Below are positions 10,871 to 23,258 of a stretch of DNA of 64,000 bases, piece by piece (positions within the stretch are counted from its first letter, which is position 1; the number at the start of each line of letters is the position of its first letter). The DNA is taken from contig OZ241833.1 of NCBI GenBank assembly GCA_965202585.1, positions 5,952,001 to 6,016,000 on the forward strand. Direction: 5' to 3'. A program made the position numbers and the translations under genes. Source of the stretch: Thalia democratica (lineage: Eukaryota). A model generated the notes under the pieces. That model worked only from the letters and a program-made list of their open reading frames with translations, made no database searches and was not told where the DNA came from.

Positions 10871-11205
10871 CGAAACGGGTCACTTTTGCACGAAGGGACA
10901 CTTTTGGACGAGCGTCACTTTTGCACGAGAGTAAAAAAGTATTTAAAAAAAAAGAAAAAAAAAATAGAAAAACTAATTAATATTGAAAAAATAAAAAGAA
11001 TTACCGATCGAGGGTAAGGGTTAGCGGTAATAGTGATAGTAAAAAAAGAATTACAAAAAATAAAAAATAAAACCGGCCGAGGGTAAGGGTTAGGGGTAAC
11101 AGTGATAAAAAAAGCATACCAATAAAACTATTAATTAAAAAAATACAGGAAAACTAAATAAATTATAAAAAATCGATCATAAAAAACCAGAAAAGCTAAA
11201 TAAGA
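10871..11205. mobile_element. Truncated foldback/MULE-like element (left arm and internal repeats only)
   Basis: Three CACTTTTG(C/G)ACGA motifs and two GAGGGTAAGGGTTAG motifs; the right inverted arm is deleted relative to 1958-2514. Confidence 0.55.
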
Positions 11206-11309
11206 GATTTATTAGCCAGTTTTCTCAAACCTACGTCATAATGCGTTAAAAAATATATTAAAAAAAAAACGAATGTTTCACATCTTTGTTTGTTTTGTGT
11301 GTGGCTGAA

Positions 11310-12111
11310 ATGAAACGTCTCGTAATTTTTTGCTTGCTCTTCCTCGGAGCTTGCTTAGGGCAGATGTTGGGAGGAAAACAAGCCAAGGAAGGACAGTTCC
11401 CGTTCGTGGTTCAGATCCGTAATCTGAATTGCCACGGAGTTTGCATTTGCGGAGGAGCAATCGTCGCCCCCCATTGGGTTCTGACGGCGGCTCACTGCGT
11501 TCGAAACAGTAACAACCAAACCACAAAAGTGGCCGTCGTGGCGGGAGACGTTTGGCAGTTTCGAAGAGAGGGAGTCACCGGCAGGGTGGAGATCGGGCCG
11601 GAGAAGGTACAAGTGTACCCCTACCCCGACTTCGAGCGAGACAGGCTGAACGACGTGGCTCTGCTGTTCGTCGAGGAACCGTTCAATTCGAAACCGGAAA
11701 ACTCGAAAGTCAAGATGATTGGCTTCGGGTCGGACGAAGGCGTTGGGGTGGGGATTCACCAAGATCAACTGGAAGACCAACCAGAGAAGCAGGCAGTCGC
11801 CGGTGCTCAAGTACGGCACGCTGAACATCACGACGATCTACCAGCGCATCATTCATTTCGGAGACCTGAACAGGGACGGCCCCTACTTGCTGAACGGGGA
11901 CTCGGGCGGTCCGCTGGTGTGCAGGGACGCCGAAGACGGGAAGCAGAGACTGTTCGGGTGGCAGCGAGCAACTGATGTTGAGAAGAACTCGATTTTTTAC
12001 GTGAGGTACCGCAGTTTCAAAGATTGGATCAGAAGAAAGCAAGACGAGGTTGAGAGAAAAAATGAGGACAAGTTTCAGAAAGACAAAAGCTACGAAGAAT
12101 ATTCAGTTTAG
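11310..12111 (+). pseudogene. Serine protease copy 2, frameshifted by a 26-bp deletion
   Basis: 802 nt versus 828 nt. The deletion lies between GGGGTGGG direct repeats at ~11745-11753 and puts Ser195 out of frame (ORFs 11286-11975 and 11719-12111). Confidence 0.9.
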
Positions 12112-13038
12112 GAGGGAGTCATCGCAATGTTTATTTTGTACCTTCTTTTTGCAATGGAATAATTCTTGTTTTTTTACATTTGAAACTTTTTTATTGTTTC
12201 AAAACGAACATAAAGTGTTTATTCTAGAACTTATTAAACTTATTTGTAAAGGTTCTATTAAGTTAAGTACATCTTGAATTCTACTGTCTCAATATATTTG
12301 ACAACTTAACATGAATAAATAAAATTACTTGTCACCTTTCAAATTAGAAATGAAAACATTTTCTTTAGGCGGGTTAGAAAAAAAAAAACTTATTCATTAC
12401 CCTTGAAGATTTCTAATACTTTCAATTCACAAACATTACTCAAACGTCACATTTTAAACTAACGTTGTTTATCGAGCGACAAAAAAAAAGAACTCATAAA
12501 GTCTGTCCTAGGATCTGGTGTACGAAAAAACCTTTCGGTTATCAAGTCGTACCTTTTAATGTCTTGTGCAGGCCGTATTAAGTGTTCGGACTCCGAACTT
12601 CGGAGTTCTTTGTTTTAGATAGCTTTTAGCCGAGCTATAACATATAGAGTTCAACTTTATAGTTTAATTAAGTTAACAATTTTTTAGAAAGTACTTAACA
12701 AAAACTAAAATTAAGTTTTGCTAACTTTGAAAAATAGACTTTCACCAGATAAAAAAAAACTTTTTACAGACTTTTTATTTAATATAAAGTTAAAGCAGAA
12801 ACAAAAGTAATATTAACGTATACTTAAAAGCATTTTTAAATTGTAAAAGCAATATGTTATGCTAAACATAAAAATTTGTTAAGCTCAACATAAAAATAAA
12901 AATTTTAAACACTTAAACAACTGTCAATGCTGATTAATACTAAAATCAAAAACACTTTGATTCTTCTTTCATAAGTTATTGAAATTTACTTTGATTATTT
13001 TTATTTTAGACGGAACTGTTATACTCGTGTGAATTTGT

Positions 13039-14386
13039 GAAATTATGCTAATTTTATGCAAATTTTTATACATATTTTTGAACGATTTTATGTCGACTAA
13101 AACTGGACATCTGGAAGAGTTAGTGACGTAACATAAAATTTCTGAAATTTAAAAAATAGTTGAAAATATATATTGGATATAATTTTGGGGTGGGTGGGAT
13201 GGAAAACAAAATCGAAAACAGCAGCACGAAAAAGGCTGAAAGCAAGGTCGCACAATCGCGCGCAAAGCGCGCTGTTGTGCTTTCTTTGTGAAGCAAAACC
13301 GAAAGAAAGCGGAGCTTTCTGAGGTTGGGACGTACAAAGAAAGCGAAGCCTTTGAGGCATGAAAGCTAAAGCAAGATCGCACAATCGCGCGCGAAGCGCG
13401 CTGTTGTGCCTTTTTGCGAAGCAAAACCGAAAGAAAGCGGGCTTTCTGAGGTTGGGACGTACAAAGAAAGCGAAGCTTTCGAGGCATGGAAGTTAAAGCA
13501 AGATCGCACAATCGCGCGCGAAGCGCGCTGTTGTGCTTTTTTGCGAAGCAAAACCGAAAGAAAGCGGAGCTTTCTGAGGTTGGGACGTACAAAGAAAGCG
13601 AAGCTTTCGAGGCATGGAAGTTAAAGCAAGATCGCGTGCCTTTTTTGCGAAGCAAAACCGAAACAAAGCGAGCTTTCTGAGGCAGGAATTTAGGTTAGAG
13701 AATTCAGATTTGTTAAAGTTAAAAGACTATTTTTTCTTTCTAGTAGAGTAATTGTCTTTTAATGCTTAGTTAAAACATCAGTTTTTAAAGCAGGAATTTA
13801 AGTTTTTAAGGCAGGAATTTAAGTTAACGAATTTAGATTTGTTTGAAGTTAAAATTAGTTGAGATATTATGTTTTAATACTTAGTTTAAACGGCCGTTTT
13901 TAAAAACTTGAAGTATTTTTTAAGAGAATTTGAAAAATAGTACAAAATTTAAAAACCTTATTATTTTTAACACTTTAATTATAATTTTATTTACTTTCTT
14001 ATTTATTATTAATTATTTATTAGTATTTGCTTTATTTTGCTTGCACAAAAGCGCGCTCTGCGCGCGATGTGCGATACTTTTAGCTACTTATTACAAACTA
14101 TTTTCTTACTTATGTAGTTCTTTTTGATTTGTATTTAAGTGAATAGATATATTAACTTTTTTCTTCGTTTTACATTATCTGTTCGAACTAATTTGTTCTA
14201 ATCCTTAGTTTAAACATAAGTTTTCTAAAATTTTAAGAGTTTTTAATAGTATTTCAAAATTATCATAAATTTGAAAATTTTCTAATTAATATTTTTTTTT
14301 TACTTATATATTATTTATCTGCCTTATTCGGCTAGCACAAAAGCGCGCTTTGCGCGCGGTGTGCGATGCTCTTGGCTATTTATTAA
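13039..14386. mobile_element. 128-bp-repeat element, copy B
   Basis: Same termini as 5158-6334; ~3.4 core repeats; inverted core motifs at ~14040-14080 and ~14330-14370. Confidence 0.5.
13235..13680 (+). repeat. GC-rich tandem repeat, ~128-bp unit x ~3.4
   Basis: The AAGCAAG(A/G)TCGC anchor ends at 13251, 13380, 13507 and 13635 (periods 129, 127, 128). Each full unit contains CGCGCGC(G/A)AAGCGCGC. Confidence 0.9.
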
Positions 14387-14402
14387 AATCTTTGTACCTT
14401 TG

Positions 14403-14431
14403 CACTTTTGACTTTGTACCGGCTTTCAAGG
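14403..14431. other. 29-bp exact fragment of serpin coding sequence at a rearrangement junction (also +12,879 and +44,929)
   Basis: CACTTTTGACTTTGTACCGGCTTTCAAGG is identical to serpin 878-906. Confidence 0.85.
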
Positions 14432-14645
14432 TTGTCTTGGAAAAAAAGTTAATTTTTATATAATTGCAAAACGAGCAACAAATATCATAACATTTTAACT
14501 TTGAAATAGGCAAAAACATCAATCTTGGGTTTAAAAAGAACTTATGAAACACAAATATAATTTTAATTTTTGAAAAAAAAACAATGTTCTTAATTTCATT
14601 GTGAGTACACAGTGCTTTTCATGAATTTACTGAAAACGATAAAAA

Positions 14646-15232
14646 ACCAATGTAATGTTAGGCTTATTCGAAAAAGTACAAAAAAGTTATTTATTTCTAA
14701 GAACGCTAAAATTAAAAGATATTACGTAACAATGGATAAGTTTTGTTGTTTTTTGAAGACACTTTTTTATATGGCAGATTTGAATGATAGGGCTGAGTTG
14801 ACATTATATGTATTGAAAGTAACATGTTAAGGCTTCAGAGAACTGCTATCTTGTAAATACTGTTTATCTCTCTTTATTATCTTTAATTGAAGTTTACATT
14901 TCTAATTTGTTTAATAATAAAATTTAGTAAAAATTAGTTGTTTAAAATATACTAGTGATTTATTTAGTATATTAGTGGTAGTTTAAGTTATCTGTATTTA
15001 TATATAATTGTTTAAAATTGTTAGATCCTGTTAAATGTTCATATTATTATTAGTATTTGTTATTGTTATTGATTCCATATATTTATATTCCCTATGTTGA
15101 TATGCATATTTGATATTCTGATATTCTAATATTGCCTAATATTGTAAGTAACAGTATTTTAAGATGATCTCAAGTTACTCAGAGGCAGTATCTGTTCCGT
15201 TGTGGCTGCCAGGCCCCGCAAACGGACACCAA
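14646..15232. other. ~590-bp insertion relative to the homologous region at ~40190-40990 (possible TE relic)
   Basis: Flanks ACGATAAAAA and GATCACAATAGAGTCTAAGG are nearly adjacent at ~40405-40430. Family not identified. Confidence 0.4.
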
Positions 15233-16425
15233 GATCACAATAGAGTCTAAGGACTAGAGTAAGAACTTTTAGCCATGGATTTTCAAATGATAAGTTTTAT
15301 CTAAAATTTGCTTTGAAAAAGTTTTTTTTGAAGTATATAGTAAGTTTCACAAAATTAAGCAGCTAGCAAAGACTTTTTCAGATAAGTATGGCCTGCCGAC
15401 TAAAAAAGCTTCCAATTCATATTCTAACCTAGAGGCATATAGTTTTTAATATTTAAAAAACTAACTTTGTACTCTTAATAAATTTAGAATTTTATTTAAT
15501 ACAATTCAAATCTGAAAACATCGATCGTTTAGTGAAAAAACTGTTTTTGTGGTATAAAGATAAAGTTTTGATTTTTTAGTTTTAGTTGTAAAATACTAAT
15601 TTTAGTTTTTTCTTGAAAATTGATAACTGAAAAAGCTCAAATTTCTATTTGTTATACAACTTCAAAAATAGTTTAAGAAAAGTGCGTTTCTTATTTAACT
15701 TTAGATAAGTAATTCAAAATCTCTTGGTTTGTAAGGGTAGAAACTAAGCTCTTATATATAAACTAAGTCATTTTTTACCTTAGATAAATTTTCTTTTTCT
15801 TTTGAAAAGACTATGTTAATTAGAACAACAATAATTAGTATATAATAATTTATTTTAGAAAAAAATCTTTTGTTAAAAAAAAATATTTTTAGTAATTCTC
15901 AGGGTTTGTATAATTCAGATTACAGTCAGTTACAACACTGTAAATATTTTAAAAATTTTTACAACTTATTTAACTATTCTACCTTTGTACGGGTCTATTT
16001 GAAGTATTTAATTATTATACCTTTACAGCTGCAATTTTCTGTTAAGCGTATTGTTACCACTGTTAGGTTTTAGCTATTGCTTAACATCTTTAAGTTATAC
16101 AAGTATATATTAATTCATTATACAAAGATACAAAAGTAGTGACACAAATTTATTACAGTCTAAACCAAATATTTTCAACAACGTAACAAAGTATAACCAA
16201 ACAAACAATTATACGGGTTTTGTACACACCTAACAGCGATGAACTTCTTAATTTAATTTTTTTGAACGAACTCAGTATTGAAAAATTATATAATAACTTC
16301 AACATATCTCACAAAAACAACAAACTAAATACAAAAGCAAACAGAGTTGCATTCAAATTAATGGTTCAAGAATAATTACGCAACAAGTCGAAGATCTTTA
16401 TTGCTTTACGAAGCAAGTCAGCTCT

Positions 16426-18065
16426 TCACAATTTACTCACCAACGTTTTTCCATCCTCGCGACCTTTACATATCTTTTCAGCAGTTGTTTCAGCCGCCTT
16501 GAGGTCTCCAATTTTGCCGTAGAAAATGATGTTGCCTGTGCTGTTGTGTGTTATCAGCATAACAAATTGGTGATTGCAGATGAATTCTGCTGGTCGGTCA
16601 CCGAAAGGTCCACTGAATGATGATGCTAGAAATATATGCGAAAAGATTAAAACACTCAAGCCATACTGATGTAAAGGTTGAAATCAACATTCAGTATTAT
16701 AAAATATCTTGTATTATATAATGAGAGAATAATGTGCAGACAAGAAGTCTTATAGTTCTTTTCAAACTAAAATTAAGAAAACTTATAAAATTGTTTATTT
16801 AGAATTGGTAAACAAGATAACCCAAACTTACAAGCTGAAGTAGTTCTCGCTTTATTAAGTAAATATAATGTAATTTTTTTATAAGTTCAATTTAAAAAAA
16901 TTATTACTTACTTTTGCAGTTTGAATAAACAACTTTTACATTAGGTATCAAGTTTGTATTTATATTTGTAGCTATTTTTATTTAACTTACTATCTGTAAT
17001 AGTATTTTAAATCTTATAAGAATAGTTTCATTTTAATACTAGTGCAAATTTAGTTACTCAAATTTGTAGTTTAAATCAAAGCATCTTACTTGCTACTCCG
17101 CATGCTTCAGTGCCTTCTTCATTGACTTCTAAATAAGTTTTATGAACGATATCCGACACATGAAGTCCTGTTACATCTGAAATTTTGTTCATATTTGCTT
17201 TTTTGAGTGAAAACATGTCAGTCATCCCCAACTTTTCAAAAGTTTCTCGCAAGTTTTTTTCGTATTCAAGTTTGAACTTTGGTAGGAGCAGTTTTATATT
17301 TCCTTGAAACTCTGTGCTCCGCTCAATCATGCTTCTCATCTTGCTAACTGTGAGTTTCTGGAGATCTTCGTAACTCTTGGTCGGCATGAACAGCCACATT
17401 GAGTACTCCTCTCCTGCGTACGGCATTTCTATACCGTACATTTCATCGTCATAAGCATATTTGTAACGAGGCAAGATTTTCGACATCATCGCAATTTGAG
17501 TTTGTGTGCCGTCACAATTGTAAAAAGTGGACAGAAACGTGGTTTTCATGTTGAAACCTAATGACCAAAAACCTTTGAAGTGTACAACGCTGGTTAAAAC
17601 CATTCTGGTCAGCTCAGTAAGCGACTCGGGAGCGATTGCTCGTTTTATTCTGTTTCCGGTGCTCTCAGCAACAAGTTTGTTAATGGCATCTGCACTTCGC
17701 TTGCGGTCCGATTTAGTTTTGAATGGTAAGTTTAGCGCCTTGCAACCGAAGCCTTTGAGAAGTTTCAAATAATCACTTTTGACTTTGTACCGGCTTTCAA
17801 GGAACAAATTGTTGAAAATTCGGGCCTTAACTGAGGGAAGTTTAGAAGATAACTTTTGAAACTCTTCCAAAACCTCTGTACTTTTATAATTACCAATATA
17901 GAGACCAAAGGCTTTCGTTATTTGATCTTCGGTGTTGCCTTCTGATCCGCAATAAATCATGCTGAGGGCCAGGGAGATGCTGAAAGGAGAAAAGAGAATG
18001 TTCTCGTGCGGTGATTTGCTGCTAAACTCAGCGTAGAGGTCATCAATGAACGAATCAAACGACAT
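16426..18065 (-). CDS. Serpin copy 3, join(18065..17090, 16625..16426), 391 aa; orphan (no adjacent protease)
   Basis: Same exon structure. The TGA ending the 329-aa ORF is intronic. The upstream region is cut by the junction at 18446-18447. Confidence 0.85.
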
Positions 18066-18875
18066 AATTCAGATTACTTGTACACTACTATCTAAAAATG
18101 GAATAAATTAAAATTGTTATTTTTAATAGTTTTGGCTGAACTTTCATTGTTAATTTAATGTTGATATACTTTTTTTGTCATACACTTTTAAGCTTATACA
18201 TCGGTATTAAAAAAAAAAGATTTTGGGTAATGAGTATTTTTAAGTTTAATGTTACAAGTAAAATTTAATATGCTATATTAAGTCTAATCTTATGTTACAG
18301 CTAAGGTTTCTAAGCAATGTTTTAACGCATTGAGTTGCTTATATATAAAGTAGTAATCAAGCTTTTCATGCTGATTATGCTTTGATTATTTTTGTAAGGA
18401 ACGGAATTTAAAATTTTGTTTATAAAAAACCAGCAACTAGTTTGAGGCATTTTGTTTGTGTAAACTTTTAAAAACACAAAATTTAATACTATTAATAAAA
18501 ACGTTTGACAGTAAAAATATAAGGAAATGATAACAAGCACTTTTGTTTACTTAACTGGAAACAAATTTAGTTTAAGTATAGTGGTTTAATTTGTTTTAAT
18601 CAAAACAAAAAATATCAAGCGAGCAGGTCTGGTTTCCTGACCACTAAGTTACAGTGTAATAAATGCTTGTTGTTGAAAAATGAAAGAGGTATTGTAAGAA
18701 TCTTACTAATTTGTTGATAAAGTTTAACAAAAATATAAATTACTATTATTAGCTACATCAGCTTCTTTAATACTAACTAACAATATAAAAAATACTGTTT
18801 ATACATGCATTTATATAAACTATAAGTTTTAATGAATATAATGACACAACTTAAAACTATCTTTACAGCTTAAAC

Positions 18876-19500
18876 TAGGGGTGGGCAACGTTTTTCAATC
18901 AGCGGGCCGGATCCGGAAATATTTAGTCTTTTGCGGGCCGGAGCACTTTCAATTAGTTATTTACTGGATCCAGTGTCCGGATCCAGTCGAATAATGACTT
19001 TTTAGATCCGAATCCGACTAGATACTAATTTTAAGTCGAGATCCGGATCCGGCCGGAATGTAGTTATATTGAGACAGTGGATCCCTTAATTGAATCCTTA
19101 AAATTCACAAATTTTTCTCAAGTCTGACAACTTAATATATATTGAGACATGTCAGATGTTTAAATAATATTTATAAATATAATTGACATTGTAATTGACA
19201 AAGGTACGTATGTAAAATATCGTACTTAAAAAAAAACTTTGATTGTGGTAATTTGACAAAACGATATTCTAACTAACTTAGAATAACACAAAATATTACG
19301 ACAAAATGGTATATTTATTAGTACACATAAATTTACAAAGTCATTTTTTAGCATATTTTTAAAGTCAAATTCTTACAGTTTTGATTTGTAAAAATATGAT
19401 GCAAATTTCTATAAAAAATTTGTAATATTAACCTTTTGCAGGCCTGTAAGTTTGCTTGCGGGCCGGATCCGGCCCGCGGATCGTACGTTGCCCACCCCTA
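18876..19500. mobile_element. hAT-superfamily MITE, 625 bp
   Basis: Perfect 16-bp TIR TAGGGGTGGGCAACGT / ACGTTGCCCACCCCTA; 8-bp TSD GCTTAAAC/ACTTAAAC (7/8 match); subterminal GCGGGCCGGATCCGG motifs. Confidence 0.85.
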
Positions 19501-19900
19501 ACTTAAACCTCTTTATTGTGTAATTATGGCAATATATTCAACATTTGATTAAAAAACTAAAACAAACTTCTTATGTACTAGTAGCTTAATAGTTAGATAG
19601 CTTAGCAATTAAAAGTTTTATATAAGTATCCTAATACAAAATAAGCAGACAAAAAAATACTAATTTAAATAGACAACATGACTAAATTGGTAGTAGTAAA
19701 TAAAGTTATGAAAAGAACTTGTTGAAAGAACTTGTGGAACTTTTGCAAGTCTAATGATAAAGGTAAAGTTAATAACGTAAATAAACAACATAAGTGTAAC
19801 ATAACGTAAAATGTACATTGAAACACTAACTACCTCATTATAACTCACTAGATTTTTTAATAAATAAAAAAATAACTGTTATTATGATCAAATCACTCAC

Positions 19901-20056
19901 AAGGTTAACTGATCGGTTGTGAAGACCGGTTGAAGCGTACAAGTTGTTCTGGTGCTGCTCTGCCTGCCTCAACAGATCGCAATTCTTCTCCAGATCTTTC
20001 CCGAGGAATCCGTACCTTTCCTCGAAGTTGACGTCAAAGTAGTTGTTGTCGGCCAT
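19901..20056 (-). CDS. Probable first coding exon (52 codons) of an unidentified gene
   Basis: ATAATGG start context; MADNNYFDVNFEERYGFLGKDLEKNCDLLRQAEQHQNNLYASTGLHNRSVNL; GC3-rich codons in AT-rich surroundings; ends at donor CTT|GTGAGT. Confidence 0.5.
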
Positions 20057-21672
20057 TATGTTCTTGTATATCACTTGTGAGGTGTGCTTCTGTTGAACAC
20101 ACATATTTATAAAATTGCTCAGACACACACAGTGTTTACCAGAAAAAATCAGTTAATTATCAACTATTATTGGTAGCATATGGAATAATTACCAAACTAT
20201 ATCGCATTTTCAAGTTTAAATGTAGTTGACTTGATAAAGATTTGTTGTACCAAAAGCGACAACCACTAATAAGCCAGGGGCAACAATGAAACATCATATG
20301 AAAGATGCTATTACGTTATTTTTTCTCGTCTCCCACTTTCAATCTTCACTCTAACGTTACTATAGTAGTTACCGGTAGAACGGTAAGAAAAAGTATTTTA
20401 TCAAATCAATTTTGGCCAACTCTCCCGAATTTAATTATAACGGGTAAACAGCGGGTGCATGACCATTCACTTCAAAAATATATATGTTCTTTATTTCAGA
20501 AAGCATTTATCCGAGCTGTAACATATATATAGTTTTACTTAAAAATAATACTAAGTTTATAATTTTTTGGGAAGTACTTAAGAAATACTATAATTTAGTT
20601 TCGACAATTTTAAAAAATAGACTTTTACCAGTTTAAAATAACTTTTTACAATCTTGTTTTTATAATAAAGTTAAAGCAACAACAAAAGTAATATTATTAT
20701 GTATTTAGAAATATTACTAACTTGTAAAAGCAATTTATTAGGCTAAACAGGTATATATAAAAATTTCAAACACATTAACAATTCATATGATGATTTGATA
20801 AATGATGATTAAAACTAAATTCAAAAATACTTTAGTTCTTCTTTCATAAATTATTGAACTTTACTTTAATTTATTTTTGACTATTTTTAGACGGAACTGT
20901 TACACTCATATGAATGTATGAATAAATTAGTTGTTACATTTAGTTTAGTCTCTTGTAAAAAAATTTTTACCAGTATTTACAGCTATTCAAATTCTTATTT
21001 ATTATTTAAGAGAATAAAAACATAACCTTTGCACATTTTAGTTTACAAGGTTTGATCATACCAATTCGATCATCAGACCACAAGTTGTTGTTTGTACATT
21101 TTACAATTAATAGATTAAAATTTCAACAACATAGTTTAAAAGATAAAGTTTCTATTTTAAATTAGGTAATTAAGCACGTTTAGTTTATAAATTTTTCTAA
21201 TGAGTGCTCATTTTCTTTATAAGCTTGTAAGTATTTATAACTAATAAAGTTTTAATTTCTTTGAGCTTTAGCTTTTTTATTTTGCAAATTAATAATATTT
21301 AAATTTGAATTATTTTGATATATTTAAATTTAAATTTGAATATTTAAATATTACCACTTAGGTAAAATTTGATCTAAAACTTATCTTAAAGTAAATTCAT
21401 TTTCTTTGAAAAGCTATAAAGTAAAAAATAGTTCAAATAACACGTAAAATTCAAACATTTTTATTATAGAATACATTAAGTTTTTATTCATACTGTTGTT
21501 TAATTCAAAAACTAAAATGTAATTGTTAAATATTAAAACTTATTATAATACTCAAAAAAATGAATCACTACTTTAAATAAACTTAATTTTGTTGATAGTT
21601 TTAACATTCGCAGTTAAAGGTTATTTTTACAATTATCTGAGGTAGGACTATTTATTGAGTATCTTTTGTGTA

Positions 21673-23258
21673 TCATAAAGTCATTTTATTATAGTGTTTA
21701 AAATATGTTCCGTAGAAAATGATGTTGCCTGTGCTGTTGTGTGTTATCAGCACAACAAATTGGTGATTGCAGATGAATTCGGCTGGTCGGTCACCGAATG
21801 GTCCACTGAATGATGATGCTAAAAATATGCAAAAAGTTTAAAACACTCAAGCCATACTGGTGTCAAGGTTGAAATCTACATAATGTGTTATAAAATATCT
21901 TGTATTACATAAAAAGAGAATAATGTGCAGACAAGAAGTCTTTTATAGTTCTTTTTAAACAAAAATTAATAAAACTTATAAAGTTATTCATTTAGAATTG
22001 GTAAACAAGATAACCCAAACTTACAAGCTGAAGTAGTTCTCGCGTTGTTAGGTAAATATAATGTAATTTTTTTATAAGTTAAATTTAAAAAATTATTACT
22101 CAGTTTTGCATTTTGAATAGACAAGTTTTACATTAGGCATCAAGTTTATATTTATACTTGTAGCTAATTTTTATTTAACTTACTACCATTAATAGTATAT
22201 TAAATCTTATAAGAATAGTTTCATTTTAATACTAATAAAAATTTAGTTACTCAAATCTGTAGTTTAAATTTAAGCATCTTACTTGCTACGCCGCATGCTT
22301 CAGTGCCTTCTTCATTTACTTCAAGATAAGTTTTATGAACAATATCCGACACATGAAGTCCTGTTACATCTGAAATTTTATTCAAATTTGCTTTTTCGAG
22401 TGAAAACATGTCAGTCATCCCCAACTTTTCAAAAGTTTCTCGCAAGTTTTTTTCGTATTCAAGTTTGAACTTTGGCAGGAGCAGTTTTATATTTCCTTGG
22501 AACTCTGTGCTCCGCTCAATCATGCTTCTCATCTTGCTGACTGTGAGTTTCTGCAAATCATCGTAACTCTTGGTCGGCATGAACAGCCACATTGAGTACT
22601 CCTCTCCTGCGTACGGAATTTCTATACCGTACATTTCATCGTCATAAGCATATTTGTAACGAGGCAAGATTTTCGACATCATCGCAATTTGAGTTTGTGT
22701 GCCGTCACAGTTGTAAAAAGTGGACAGAAACGTGGTTTTCATGTTGAAACTTAATGACCAAAGACCTTTGAAGTGGACAACGCTGGTTAAGACCATTCTG
22801 GTCAGCTCAGTAAGCGACTCGGGACCGATTGCTCTTTTTATTCTGTTTCCGGTGCTCTCAGCAACAAGTTTGTTAATGGCGTCTGCACTTCGCTTGCGGT
22901 CCGATTTAGTTTTGAATGGCAAGTTTAGCGCCTTACAACCAAAGCCTTTGAGAAGTTTCAAATAACCACTTTTGACTTTGTACCGGCTTTCAAGGAACAA
23001 ATTGTTGAAAATTCGGGCCTTAACTGAGGGAGTTTTGGAAGATAACTTTTGAAACTCCTCCAATACCTCCGTACTTTTATAATTACCAATATAGAGACCA
23101 AAGGCTTTCGTTATTTGATCTTCGGTGTTGCCTTCTGATCCGCAATAAATCATGCTGAGGGCCAGGGAGATGCTGAAAGGAGAAAAGAGGATGTTCTCGT
23201 GCGGAGATTTGCTGCTAAACTCAGCGTAGAGGTCATCAATGAACGAATCAAACGACAT
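21673..23258 (-). CDS. Serpin copy 4, join(23258..22283, 21818..21673), 373 aa, chimeric C-terminus
   Basis: Exon 2 is homologous only down to 21710 (..NIIFYG), then reads TYFKHYNKMTL* into unrelated sequence. Splice sites intact. Confidence 0.75.

Larger units (their letters stand above)
10380..18447. repeat. Segmental duplication, near-identical to 23259-31326 (offset 12,879) and ~55309-63375
   Basis: All ORF-track entries recur at a constant +12,879 offset (11278/24157, 13097/25976, 17076/29955). Intergenic sequence was identical wherever compared. Confidence 0.92.

Noticed and set aside
13097-13680. Overlapping ORFs of 61-168 aa in the GC-rich repeat (also at 5.2-5.7, 26 and 58 kb)
   Set aside because: They are translations of the 128-bp tandem repeat, with non-ATG starts and repetitive peptides.
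13235-13680. Possible CRISPR array
   Set aside because: Units are contiguous near-identical ~128-mers with no unique spacers, no cas genes, and a eukaryotic context.
13930-16073. Short AT-rich ORFs (13930, 14612, 15870 and their duplicates; also 18322, 20305, 35376, 46856)
   Set aside because: Low-complexity F/L/I/K/N peptides, often non-ATG, identical across copies only because of recent duplication.
17076-17089. Apparent truncation of serpins 3, 5 and 8 (329 aa versus 335 aa)
   Set aside because: The TGA lies downstream of the GTAAGA donor and is intronic.
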